DNA of 64,000 nucleotides from the human T2T-CHM13v2.0 reference genome, Homo sapiens: the NCBI RefSeq assembly GCF_009914755.1, contig NC_060929.1; one strand, written 5' to 3'. The position numbers and the translations under genes are program-made. Below are positions 39,660 through 52,143 of this stretch, piece after piece. The first letter of the stretch is position 1. Each line of letters opens with the position of its first letter. Under the pieces are notes generated by a model that saw only the letters and a program-made list of their open reading frames with translations, did not search any database and was not told the DNA's origin.

Positions 39660-42600
39660 TGGCCCTACCCCACTTGACACCACTGCTTATGCTCACTGTC
39701 CAGGAGTCGAGTCTGGAGATAGGTCTGCCTTAAATTCCACCACTGGTGCTTGCTCACATTATCTGAGGCATGAGGATGGCCTTGCCCTACCCAGTGCTAC
39801 TGCCATGCACACTATCCGGAGGCCTGGAAATTGACCTGTCCTGCCCGCCACCACTGATGCACATGCATGCCATTCAGGAGCATAAGTATGGGCCCACTTT
39901 GTGTGCTGCTGGTGCCCACAAATACTTCCCAGGGCCCCACAAGCCAGCCAGCCCAATCTGCTACTGCCACTGCAGGCACCTACTCACTTGCACCATCTGG
40001 GAGCCTAGGTATTGGCCCACTCAGTCTACTGTCACCACCCCTGCTGCCTGCACAAGCCACTCAGGGACCCAAGGGTTAGTTTGCCACTGCTATTGCCACT
40101 GTCAATGCCACACATACAATCTGGCTTCTTGAAGCCTGCTCAACTGGCCTGCTTCTGCCACTGCCAGCACCCAGCACACTGTTGGAGACCCAGGGATTGG
40201 CCTACCAGATTTGCCACTACTGGTGCCTGAATACATCCCCTGAAGGCACAGAGCAAGCATGCCCAGCTTACTGTTTCCAGTACTGGTGCCCAACGTACAG
40301 CCTGCCTGGGATCCCCGTCCCCAGCAAAGCCTTGCCATAGACTCTACTACAACTATAGCCTAAGTCTCTAAAAATCTAACAAATGCCACTGACATTGATT
40401 ATGGCCAAAGAGATTATACATAGATTACACTACTGTGCCCATCCAGACTCAAAGTCAAAGCAGTGTACCCAACCAACACTATAGATATCTCTACAGGAAA
40501 AAGTCTTTCCCTATGAATACCAATTCATAAGATTAGAAGAAGTAACTTTTATGCCAGATATATGATATCAATGTAAGGACACAAAAAACTGTAAAAAACA
40601 AGGAAATGTGACATGTCCAGTGAAACAAAATAATTATTCAGTAACAAATCCCAAAAAGGGAAATATATGAAATGCAAAATTCAAAATAATGTTATTTTAT
40701 AAACTTCATGAGACACAAAACAACAAAAATAAATAATCCAAAGAAATGAGAAAAACAGTTCATGATATGAGTGAGAAGTTCAACAAAAAGGTAAATGTCA
40801 CAAAACAACCTCAAAGTAAACAAAAGTCAATAAATAAAATAAAAATTCAATAAATAAATAGAATGAAAAATATAAACTTCCATAGACTAGATCAAGCAGA
40901 GTAACTTGAAGGCAGGCGTTTTGAAATAAGCAGTCAGTTAGAAGAAGAAGAAAGAAGAAAGAAAGAGAAGGAGAAGGAGGAGGAGGAGAAGAAGAAAGAG
41001 GAAGAAGAAGAAGAAGAAGGAGGAGGAGGAGAAGAAGAAGAAGAAGGAGGGAGAAGAGAAGAGAAGAGAAAAGAGAAGAAGGAGAAGGAAGGAGATGGAG
41101 AAGGAAAGAAAGAAAGGAAAATAATAAAGAAAGCTTCTGTGATATGTGGAACACAAGAAAGTGACCAAATTTTTGAATATGGGAGTTTCTGAAGAGGAAG
41201 AGATGGGTAAAGGCACAGATAGCCTATTTAACAAAATAATACCTGAAAAACTTCCAAGTTTTGCAAGATATGTAAACATCCACATACAGGAAGCTCAAAA
41301 ATCCCCTCATTGATTCAACCCAAAAAGGTTTTCTCTAATGGATATTATAGTCAAATACAAAAGAATTCCCATCAGAGTAGCAGCATGTTTCTCAAAAGAA
41401 ACCTGAGCGCCTAGAACAAAATAGAATAATTTATTTAAAGTACTGAAAGAAAAAAAAAATCTGCTGACAAAGAATACTATACACAACTATCTTTTCAAAA
41501 TGAAGAAAAGTAAAGTCTTTCTCAGATAAGAAAAACTGAGGGAATTCATCTCCACTAGACCAGTCCTACAATAAATGCTTCAGGAAGTCTTACATCTAGA
41601 AGCCAAAGGAAGGTATGTATCATTAGGGAAATACATGAAAGTGTAAAACTTCCTGGTAGAGCAGATGCACAACTGAAAAAAAAAAGAAGTAAAATGTTAT
41701 CATTACCAAAAAACTCCATCAAATTGTAAAGGTAAACAAAAGAGGAAGAAACAAACAAAGGATATGCAAAACAATTAAAAATTAATTAACAAAATAATAA
41801 GAGTGAGTCTTCGTCTATTAATCAACCTTAAATGTCACCAATTTAAATTCCTCAATTAAAAGATACAGAGTTGAAAAATGGGTAAAGAAAGACAAGAACC
41901 AAAAATATGCTGCTTCTAAGAAAACTCACTTCACCTGTAAAGACCCACACAGACTAAAAGGGAAGTATGGAAATGGAAACTGAAAGTGTGCAGGAATACC
42001 CCTACATAGACAAAATAGACTTTAAGTTAAAAAAAAAGTTTTTTTAAGACAAAGAAGGATATTATATAATGATAAAGGGATACATTTCACCAAAAGATAT
42101 AACCACTGTAAATACATATGCACCTGACACAGAAGCACTCAGATATATATAGAGAAAGCAAATATTGTTAGTGCTAAAGAGAGAGATAGACCCTAATACG
42201 TTAATAGTTGGAGACTTCAGCACCCTACTTCAACATTACGCAGATCATCTAGACAGAAAGTCAACAAATAAACATGCAACTTACTCTTCACCATAGACCA
42301 AATGAACCTAACAGACATTTAAAAACATTTTATCCAACAGTTTCAGAATACATTCTGCTCATCCGCACACAGAACAAATAAATTATTTAAAAAATTATAA
42401 TTGTGTCAAATATCTCCACAGACCAGAATGGAAGAAAACTAGAAATCAATGACAAGAGAAACTTTGCAAACGGTACAAATACATGAAAATGGATATGGTC
42501 CTGAAAGACCAAAGAGTCAATAAAAAATTTAAGAAGGAAATTTTTAAAACTTGGAAAAAAATTAAATAGAAATATAACATACTGAAACCTATGTGATATA

Positions 42601-45600
42601 GCAAAAGCAGGCACATTTATAGCAATATATGCCTACATCAAAAAAGTAGAAAGATTTCAAATAAACAACCTAACAAGATACCTTGAGATTTGTAACAATT
42701 AGAAAGCAAGAACAAACCAAAACCTAAATTAGTAGAAGAAAAGAAATAATAACTATTAGAGCAGAACTAAATGAAATGAAGACTAAAAGAAATACCAAAA
42801 AATGAACAAAACGAAAAGTTGTGGGTTTTTTTGAAAATATGAACAAATCAATAAACCACTAGCCAGACTAACCAAGCAATAAAGACAGAAAGCCCATAAA
42901 ATAAAATCAGACATGAAAAGGAAGACATTACAAATGGTACCACAGAAATACATAGAATCTGTAAAGAAACTATTATATCTGTAGAGAGACTATTATACGC
43001 TAACAAATTGGAAAATCCAGAGAAAATAATCAAATTACTGGAAATACGTATCTTATCAAGATTAAACCAGAAATAGGAAAAATAAAATTCATCGGATCAA
43101 TTAAAAGTGATGAGGTTAAATCAATAATAAAAAGTCTCCCAACAATGAAACAGTAAGACCTAGATGGCTTTACTGCTAAATTCTACCAAGCATATAAGAA
43201 AAATCTAACACAAATTCTTTGCAAAATACTCCAAAAAATTTGAAGTGGAAGGACTTTAACTCAATCTACAAGGACAGCCAGACCACGTGATTATCGCAAT
43301 AGACAGAGAAAAAGCATATGCTAAAATTCAACATTGCTTCGTGATGAAAAACCTTTCTATAAATTTGGTAAAGAAGGGACATAACTCAAGATAATAAAAA
43401 TTATATGTGACAAACCGACAGCCAACACCATTCTAAAATAATAAAAGCTAAAAGCCTTTTCTATAAGAACTGAAACAGACATGGATGTGCAGTCTCACCA
43501 ATCTTAGTGAACATAGTAATGCAAATCCTAGCTAGAACTATCAGACAAGAGAAAGAAATTTAAAAGCATACAAATTATAAAAGAGGAAGCCAAATTGTTC
43601 CTTTTATTGATAATATAATCTTATGTCTAGGAAAACCTGAAGACTCCACCAAAATAAATCAGTATAGTTACAGGATACAAAATCAACATATATAAATCAA
43701 TAGTGTTTCTATACACCAATAATGAACTAGCTGAAAAAAGAAATTAAAGGCTATCCAATTTACAATAGCTACAAAAAAGTAAAATGCCTAGGAATAAATT
43801 TAACTAAGGAGGTGAAAGTTCTTTGGAAGGAAAACAGCAAAACACTAATGAAAGAAATGAAAAGGATAAACATAAAAATAAAAAGCCATCCAATGTTTAT
43901 GCATCAGAGGAATTAATATTGTTAAAATGACCGTATAGCCTAAAGTAGTCTACAGATTCAATGCAATTCCTTTCAAAATACCCTCAGTCAAAATGCTGTT
44001 GAAAGTATATAGTTGTGTTTCGTCCTTTAATCCATTCTGTTAATTTTCATAAAATTAGAAAAAAAAATCCTAAAATTTGTATAAAACCCAAAAAGATCCC
44101 AAATAAACAAAGCAACCCAGAGCAAAGAAAACAAAGCTAGAGGCATCAGACTACCTGACATCAAAATACACTGCAAGGCTGTAGTAACCAAAACAGCATG
44201 GTATTGGTATAAAACAGACACATAGACGAAGGGAACAGAATAAAGAGTTCAGAAATAAATCCACATATTTACAGCCAATTGATTTTTAACAAAGACTTCA
44301 AAAACATACACTGGGGAAAAGACACCTTCTTTAATAAATAGTGGTGGGAAAATTAAATATGCAGAAGAATGAAACTTGAATCCTATCTCTCCCAAAATAC
44401 AATAATCAATTCAAGATGGATTAAAGATATAAAAGATTTAAATATAAGAGCCCAAACTATAAAACTAGTACAAAAAAAAAAACACCTAGGAAAACACTTC
44501 CAGACATCAGTTTAGGCAAAGATTTCATGGTTAAGACCTCAAAAGTACAGGGGACTATAATGAAATAGACATGGCACACTATACTAAACCAAAAAAGCTA
44601 AGAAAACAATTACCAGAGTGCAGAGACAACCAATTGAATGGGGGAAAATATTTGGAAACTACTCATCTCACAATGGACTGATATCCAGAACATACAATGA
44701 ACTCAAACAACTCAATACAAAAACAAATAATTCCATTAAAAAGTGTGTTGACATGAATAGACCTTTTTTTTCAAAAGAAGACATACACGTGCCCAGTAGA
44801 TATATGAAAAAAGTAGTCAACATATCAACATAATCATCAGGTATGGAAATCAAAACCACAATGAGACATTATCTTACCCCAGTTAGAATGACTATTACTA
44901 ATTGAACAGACAAAAAAAATAACAGATGCTGGTGAGAATGTGTGGAAAAGAGAACTTTTATACACTCTTGGGGGGGATGTAAATTAGCACAACTACTATG
45001 GAAAACAGTATGGAGATTCCTCAAAAACTAAAATCAGAATTACCATATGATTCTGCAATCCGACTACTGGAGATTTATCCAAAAGAAAATTAATCTGTAT
45101 ATATAAGGGATACCTGCACTTACATGTTTACTGCAGCACTATTCACAATAGCAAAGATATAGGATCAACCTAAGTGCCAACTGACAATGGATAAAGAACA
45201 TTTGGTGTATATATAATGGAATAGTATTTGGTCACACAAAAAAAATTGAAGTCATGTAATTTGTAGAATAAGATGGAACTGGAGGTCATTGTGTTGAGTA
45301 TACTAAGCCAGAAACAGAAAATAAAACACTGCATGTTCTCACTCAAGTGTGAAAGCTCAAAACGTTGATCTCATGGAGACAGACAATAGAAATCATAGAT
45401 AACAGAGACTGGGGAAAGTGGGTGAAGGCAAGGGGTGAAGGGGAGCTTGATTAGGGGGTACAAACATGCAGTTAGATAGAAAAAATAAACCCCAGCATTC
45501 AAAAGTGATGGACGTCCTAAATAGCCTGATTTGATCATTATAAAATGTATTCATGTATTCAAATATCATATAAATGTGTTCAATTATTATGCATCAATAA

Positions 45601-45606
45601 AAAAAG
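39660..45606 (+). mobile_element. Near full-length decayed L1 (L1MA3/4-like), ORF1 and ORF2 disrupted
   Basis: Repetitive 5' region, ORF1 ('catacaggaagctcaaaa'), EN ('atagttggagacttcagcacc'), RT ('gatggctttactgctaaattctacca'), 3'UTR and 'aataaaaaaag'; multiple stops and deletions. Confidence 0.93.
40940..41121. repeat. Compound GAA/GGA/GAGAA polypurine tract inside L1 ORF1
   Basis: Pure purine 40940-41095 on + strand. Confidence 0.97.
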
Positions 45607-46185
45607 AATTTCTTTATTTACCCTGTTACTTTTTGGTAGATTTTATTCAATCTACTTTGTAAGGTCCTAATGTGCTACTCCTTATCTAAATAACATTGCT
45701 CAAATCTCACTAACAGACCTGTTTCTACCCTAGGTTTTCCATCTCAAAACAGCTCTACCGTTCATTTGATTGCTTAGCCCACAATCTTGAGGCATTCTCT
45801 TGGACCAGCCAAACTCTATGGCTCAATGATTTTTACCACAAGCATTACTTCTCTTCATTCATTGTCACCAGTTCTGGCAAAAACTGCTACTAGTTGTCCA
45901 TCATGTCTTTTTACTTTTTTATAGCGATAGCATTTTGAAGTGGGTATATAAATATTCACAATGAAATTAGATTCTAGCATCCTCATAGTTTGACCTAAAC
46001 ATGTGATCAAGAGCTATGAAATAAGTTGTGGGAAAAACTGATGAGCTTCTAGACCATGCCTATCAAAGAAGACTTGTCCTCCCTTTTCCTATTTCTGTTT
46101 ACTGCTTACTGGAAAGCGGATAATGATGATGGAGTCACCTTGAGCAATGCACAGAAAAGTAATATATTATCAAAAGAATAGGCAA

Positions 46186-46999
<814 letters not shown>

Positions 47000-47439
47000 C
47001 TTTGCCACTGTGAAGCCACAATAACTTTCTTAGGCTATTTTATACTTTAACCATGATATGCATAAACTGTGGGCTTCTGTGATGTTTCAGTGTGTCTGTG
47101 TTTTACTTTGGTTGGACAGAGATGAGGATATAAACTTCATATTGTTACAAATGATAGAAGTCCAGAATTAGTATAGCTTATCATTAACTAAAATATGGCC
47201 ACACTTTGTATCAGAATGTGGTGAAATAAAGCATTCAGGTTAGATACACAGGTAGATAAGTAACTGGATGAATGAATGGAAAGTGAAAGGTAGAAAGAGA
47301 TTACAGAATGTAGACAGAAACATAAATAACAGAGCAGATGTTCCCTTATTTCTAAACATTTACTTCACTGACTCTTCTCCATTCAAACCAAGCTAAATTC
47401 CAGAACAAAATAGCGTCACTGCAATCCACTACCGACAAA

Positions 47440-48126
47440 TATTAGTGATATGTCATTGCCATTTTTGTCTCAGCCATCTAGTTGTTATTCTTTGGAGTGC
47501 TTGCTATGTTTTGCTCAGTTTTGAGAGATTTTACAAAAATTATTTACTTCGTCATTTCTAAAATGCAGATGCAGTGACAGGGATGAAAGCACTATTAAAA
47601 AGTCCATGACTATGATTGTATTGAAAGTAAAATAAATTCCACTGATGGAAAAATGATTAAATGTGCCCATGTGGATGAAACAAATTATTCAGTAGGAAGA
47701 ATTCCGAAGGACACAGTATAAATAATACAGCATGTTGAAAGTGCTGTGAGTATGAAATTGACAGTGATGATTAAGAGAGGTATGTGATGAAAGAAAGACA
47801 TAAAATAATAAAAAAAAATCATATAACTAGACATGAGGCCTAGATTTTCACAAAACAAAAAACACAACAATATCATTGATTGCCTATTAAAAATTGCAAA
47901 AAAGAAAAAAAGAATTGACATGAAAAATTTGCTCCAGATGGCTCTGAATTACAAACTTTGTGTAATCTGCACAATTTCTTTGTGCCTTGACGATAAATGA
48001 AAATATCACGAGATGTCCCAACAACATTTTAGGGATTATCAAAAAAGGATATTTTAAGGGAGAAAGATTACCTGCCTTAAAAACTATTCAGTGTGGATGA
48101 AATTGATGTAGTTTGAGAAGAGATGA
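47440..48126 (+). mobile_element. Tigger/pogo transposase remnant (HTH region to first catalytic D)
   Basis: Translates to IPKDTV*IIQHVESAV (psq-HTH-like) and YLP*KLFSVDEI, cf. Tigger GYLPEQVFNVDETGLFWKRMP. Confidence 0.7.
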
Positions 48127-48129
48127 GTG

Positions 48130-48600
48130 AAATAGATGAAAGGATAAAGAAAATATAATGTATATAAATAATGGAATATTCTTCAATCATAAATTGAAGG
48201 AAATCCTCCAAACTCTGGAGAACATTCTGCTAAGTGAGATAAACAAGAAACAGAAGGACAAATACTGTATGATATCATTTAAATGTGGAATCTAAAAAAG
48301 TTAAACTCATACAAGTAGGGAGTAGAATGGTGGTTTCAGTTATAAGATTAATTTAAGTTCTGAGGATTTAATGTAAAACTCTATTGTTTATTTGAAATTT
48401 GTTAAGAGAGCAGATTTTATATATACACACACACACACCACATGCACACACACAAATAGTAATTATAAGCAGTGATAGATGTACTAATTGACTGTAAAAA
48501 CAGTACACAAATGTATAGGTACATGAAATGTATAGGTACATTGCACAACTTAAATATATGCAATTTTTCTCTGTCAATCAAATATTTTAAAATAAAAAAG
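48130..48600 (+). mobile_element. L1MA9-like 3' end
   Basis: 'tgctaagtgagataaac...cagaaggacaaatactgtatga', 'ggaatctaaaaaagttaaactcata', 'ttgaaatttgttaagagagcagat'. Confidence 0.85.
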
Positions 48601-48659
48601 AATGAATGTAACAAGGCATATATTAGATACTGTTAAAAGTCTTTATAGCGTTATTTTTG

Positions 48660-48915
48660 GACACCCAGGGTCCTTTCCTCTGTGTCTCTACCTCCAATAA
48701 TATCTCAGCTGATAGATGGGAAGGAGAAGATTGTGCTTAGGAGGTTTTTGTTGGCCAAACCTAGAAATAGCCAAATTATTCAGATGTATATTTCAATGAC
48801 CAGAACTCAGGTACAAGGCCACATCCTATTGCCAGGGAGGAAGAGAAATGTACTAAACTGAATGTCCAAGAGTAAAGGGAATCAAGTTTTTGTGAAACAA
48901 CAATCTCCTCTAAAT
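48660..48915 (-). mobile_element. MLT1K-like LTR fragment
   Basis: 'ggccaaacctagaaatag', 'atgaccagaactcag...aaggccacatc', 'gagaaatgta'. Confidence 0.55.
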
Positions 48916-49204
48916 AGGCTCTAACCCTATATTTTTACTTTTGTTTGACGATAGAGTTATTTATAAGAATGTTTTTAATCTTCATTTTTATTCGGTTGTT
49001 TCATCACTTATTATTACTACATAGTTGGTCTTCTTAAATTATAATAAAAATGTTTTCTTTTTAACGTTTATAAGTTTGAGAACTCACTGAGGTCTTCTGT
49101 AAGCTATGATAATGATTAAATTTGATAAATGTTACAGTAATGTGTGGAAAGGAGATATTCTCAGTTTTACAGTTGAAAGTCCAATATATTAAATATGTTG
49201 ATTT

Positions 49205-49528
49205 ATTTTTATTTTTTCATTGTTGCATTTATTTACTTTTTCAAAGTCCAGATCTCACTGTCACCAAGGCTGGAGTGCAGTGGTGCAAATATACAGCTCA
49301 CTTCAGCTTTCAACTCCTGGGCTCAAGTGATCCTTCCGCCTCAGCCTCCTGAGTAGTGGGGACTGCAGATGCATGCCACCACGCCCAGCTATTTTTTTTT
49401 TTAACCTTTTGTAGAGACAGGTTCTCATTTTCTTACCCAGGCTAGTCTCAAACTCTTGGCTTCAAGTAATACTCCTGCCTCAATCTCCCAAAGTGCTGGA
49501 ATTACAGATGTGAGCCAACATGCTTGGA
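49205..49528 (-). mobile_element. AluJ
   Basis: J diagnostics 'aactcctgggctcaagtgatcc', 'ttttgtagagacagg'; degenerate tail; flanks share 'tgttgattt'. Confidence 0.93.
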
Positions 49529-50559
49529 GTGTTGATTTTATCATTAAAATTCTTTTTTAAAACTTTATCTGTCAATGCTACTGCTGTCCTTTTATATTAA
49601 AATATTATAAAAATTTATTTATATTAATAGCAGATAGTCCATCATATATTATGATGTTATGTTACTGGATATATAATGCTCCTTTAATTCATTGTGGATT
49701 GTTTCAAATATTGCTCATGTAACAATATGAATTATTCATTTATTCTCACACTTAATTCAATGTGATTTTTCTATTGACTTTGCCACCCAGATTTATCACT
49801 TTTTGTATTTGTTTAATACATTTCAATTAATATTTCATTTTTATTTTATATTTTTACTTTTAACAATTCTACACCAGCGTATGTTTGTATGCCTCACCTA
49901 AGTACCATATAAATTAAATGAAGCTCTATTGCTTGCCTTGCCTTTTTATAGGGCTATATTATTTGTCATCATTTATTGTTACTGTTTCTGTCTTAATTTA
50001 CTACATTTCCATTTCATTTTGTTTATTTCAAGGTTTGTTAGTTATTTTCATATTTTAGTTTTACATTAATAAAAAGCTTACAGTTTGAATTTATCTGTAC
50101 TTTAAAAATGATAATGGTTTTCTTCATTTTTATGTTTCTCATTTTCATATAGAAAAGCTAAATAGTTTGACTTCCTATATTATGAGAAATGTGGCATACT
50201 CTTTGGTCTATTTGTTCTCCAACATCCTATTCTTTAACTTTTTAGTCTTTATCAATTTATTTGAGTACACTGAGCCATTCTATGTATCACTTTTTAACAA
50301 GAAGTTTCCCTCAGATATGAAAACTACATTTTTTCCATATTTGCACCATTATTTTATACTTAAAATTGTCCACTAATGTATTTAAATTTACAGCACCAGC
50401 TTTCATTTTAAATTTTATTCCAGTATTTATTCCAAAATTTACATTTTAAGTTAACTGCTTTGATTTATTTCTATGTCAAGTAGACCAATTTGTATGATGG
50501 TATTTTGTTTTTACTGATGTATTAATTAATTTAATTTCCTCCAAACCCTTAGTAAACTG

Positions 50560-50660
50560 CTTAACAAAGGTCTCCATATAGCTGAGTAATGGGAAGGCCA
50601 GGATTTGAATCCAAGCCACCGAGTTCCAACGCTGTTCCCATCACTGCATTGCCGTGTTAA
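50560..50660 (-). mobile_element. MIR fragment
   Basis: 'aaggtctccatatagctgagtaatgggaaggccaggatttgaatccaagcc'. Confidence 0.65.
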
Positions 50661-50956
50661 CTGCCATTGTGCCCAAGTGGTTTTGTGGTCTTTCCCATGA
50701 ACCATTAACAATTTTTATGTATTTAAAAAAGTTTGTTTACAAATATTCTTTCTCAACATCCTTTGGTTGTAGAGCTCATGTATAAAATACACTTGATTAA
50801 AAAAATTTGGAAAAGAACAGAAAACAAAATTTTCCTAGTTGGTTTTTAGGGGAAAAAACCAACTTCTTTGAGTGTAACTCTTCACTTTACATTCACATTC
50901 ATTGACTGTTTTTCTATACAATTTAATAATTTGTAAAAAAAAAATTCTTTCTTTCC

Positions 50957-51223
50957 GGAGATGGGGTCTGGCTGTGTTGCCAAGGCTGGAGTGCAGTGTC
51001 TATTCAGAAACATGATCCCACTCTTGATCAGCACAGGAATTTTGACCTGCTCCACTTCACTCCTCCTTACGCCACTCCCAGGAGGTCACCATATTGATGC
51101 AAAACATAGTGAAAATACCAAATCGGCATTGAGCACTACAGCTCAGAACTCTTGGGATTACGGATTTTCCTGCCTCAGCCTCCCAAGTAGCTGGGACTGT
51201 AGGCGTGCCCCACTGTGCCCAGC
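50957..51223 (-). pseudogene. 7SL (SRP) RNA pseudogene with two S-domain deletions
   Basis: Reverse strand has Alu-domain ends plus S-domain 'gcatcaatatggtgacctcc', 'taaggaggagtgaa', 'ggagcaggtcaaaattcctgtgctgatca', which Alu lacks. Confidence 0.93.
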
Positions 51224-51802
51224 TTTTTTCTTTAAACTTATCATTCTTAATGGTGAACTTGCATGTGTCAATGGTCCGTGTGGATGAACTGTCCCTTCCT
51301 TGTTCATCACTTGTCCTAGAGGCGCTCCAGCTTCCCCTCTTGGAAGGCCACTCTTTGGGGATCCTTATCTCTAGCAAGCAGTGCTGATTGTCTGATAATA
51401 GACTACCTCTCATCAGATTACCTGGTATTCTGGCTTACTTAGAAATGTAGATATGGTGAGTTCCGTGTTATTAAGTCAGATATAAAAGATTGCATTCCTG
51501 TTTCTCTGACCCCCAGCATGGACTACTTTCAAACAGACTTTCTGAGTCTGTAATTTTTGTTTTTTTTTTTTTTTAAAAAATAATTGTCCCAAAATTCAAT
51601 GCTATTCTAATTTTTATAATTATTAAGATAGTTCTTGGTGGTTATGTGAATAGATGATAGAAAATGCCAAAATTTTGACTTGGAATATAGTCCCACAAAT
51701 TTGGAATAGCTGCTTTTATTGATATATTTCCCTGGATGGTAGAGGTCCTGAATATTAGGGTTAAGCCAGAGACACAAAAACAGAGTTAACCCAATGCATA
51801 CA

Positions 51803-52143
51803 CAGTCGATCTTTCCTAACCATGGGTACCATATCCCTGGATTCAACCAACCAGGGATCAAAAATATCTGGAAAAAAACATTGCGACTGTACTGAGCATG
51901 TACAGACATTTTTTCTTGTCATTATTTCCTAAAAATGCAGTACAATAACTATTTACATACCACCAACATTGTCTTAATTATTATGAGTAATCTAGAGTTG
52001 ATTCAAAGTATGCTGGTGGATATGAATAGGTTATATGCAAATACTATGCTATTTCCTATAAAGGGATCAACCATCTACAGATTTTGGTATCTTCGGAGGT
52101 GTCCTGGAATCAATTATCTCATCTATACCAAAGGACAACTCTG
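51803..52143. mobile_element. MER2 (TcMar-Tigger)
   Basis: 'ggattcaaccaacc', 'ctgtactgagcatgtacagacattttttcttgtcattatt', 'agtaatctagag', 'aggttatatgcaaatacta'; ~340 bp. Confidence 0.9.

Noticed and set aside
39660-40340. CRISPR-like array or Cys/His-rich ORFs
   Set aside because: Eukaryotic L1 5' tandem array; repeats are degenerate, there are no discrete spacers and no cas genes.
40798-41285. Leu/Ser/Phe-rich membrane-like ORFs
   Set aside because: Antisense reading of the polypurine microsatellite.
42957-42996. 20 bp tandem duplication in L1 ORF2
   Set aside because: Ordinary slippage event in neutral sequence.
39660-45606. Active L1
   Set aside because: No long ORF1/ORF2 in the ORF track; many stops, deletions and a microsatellite insertion.
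50957-51223. Functional SRP RNA gene or ordinary Alu
   Set aside because: S-domain sequence excludes Alu; deletions and divergence exclude a functional 7SL.
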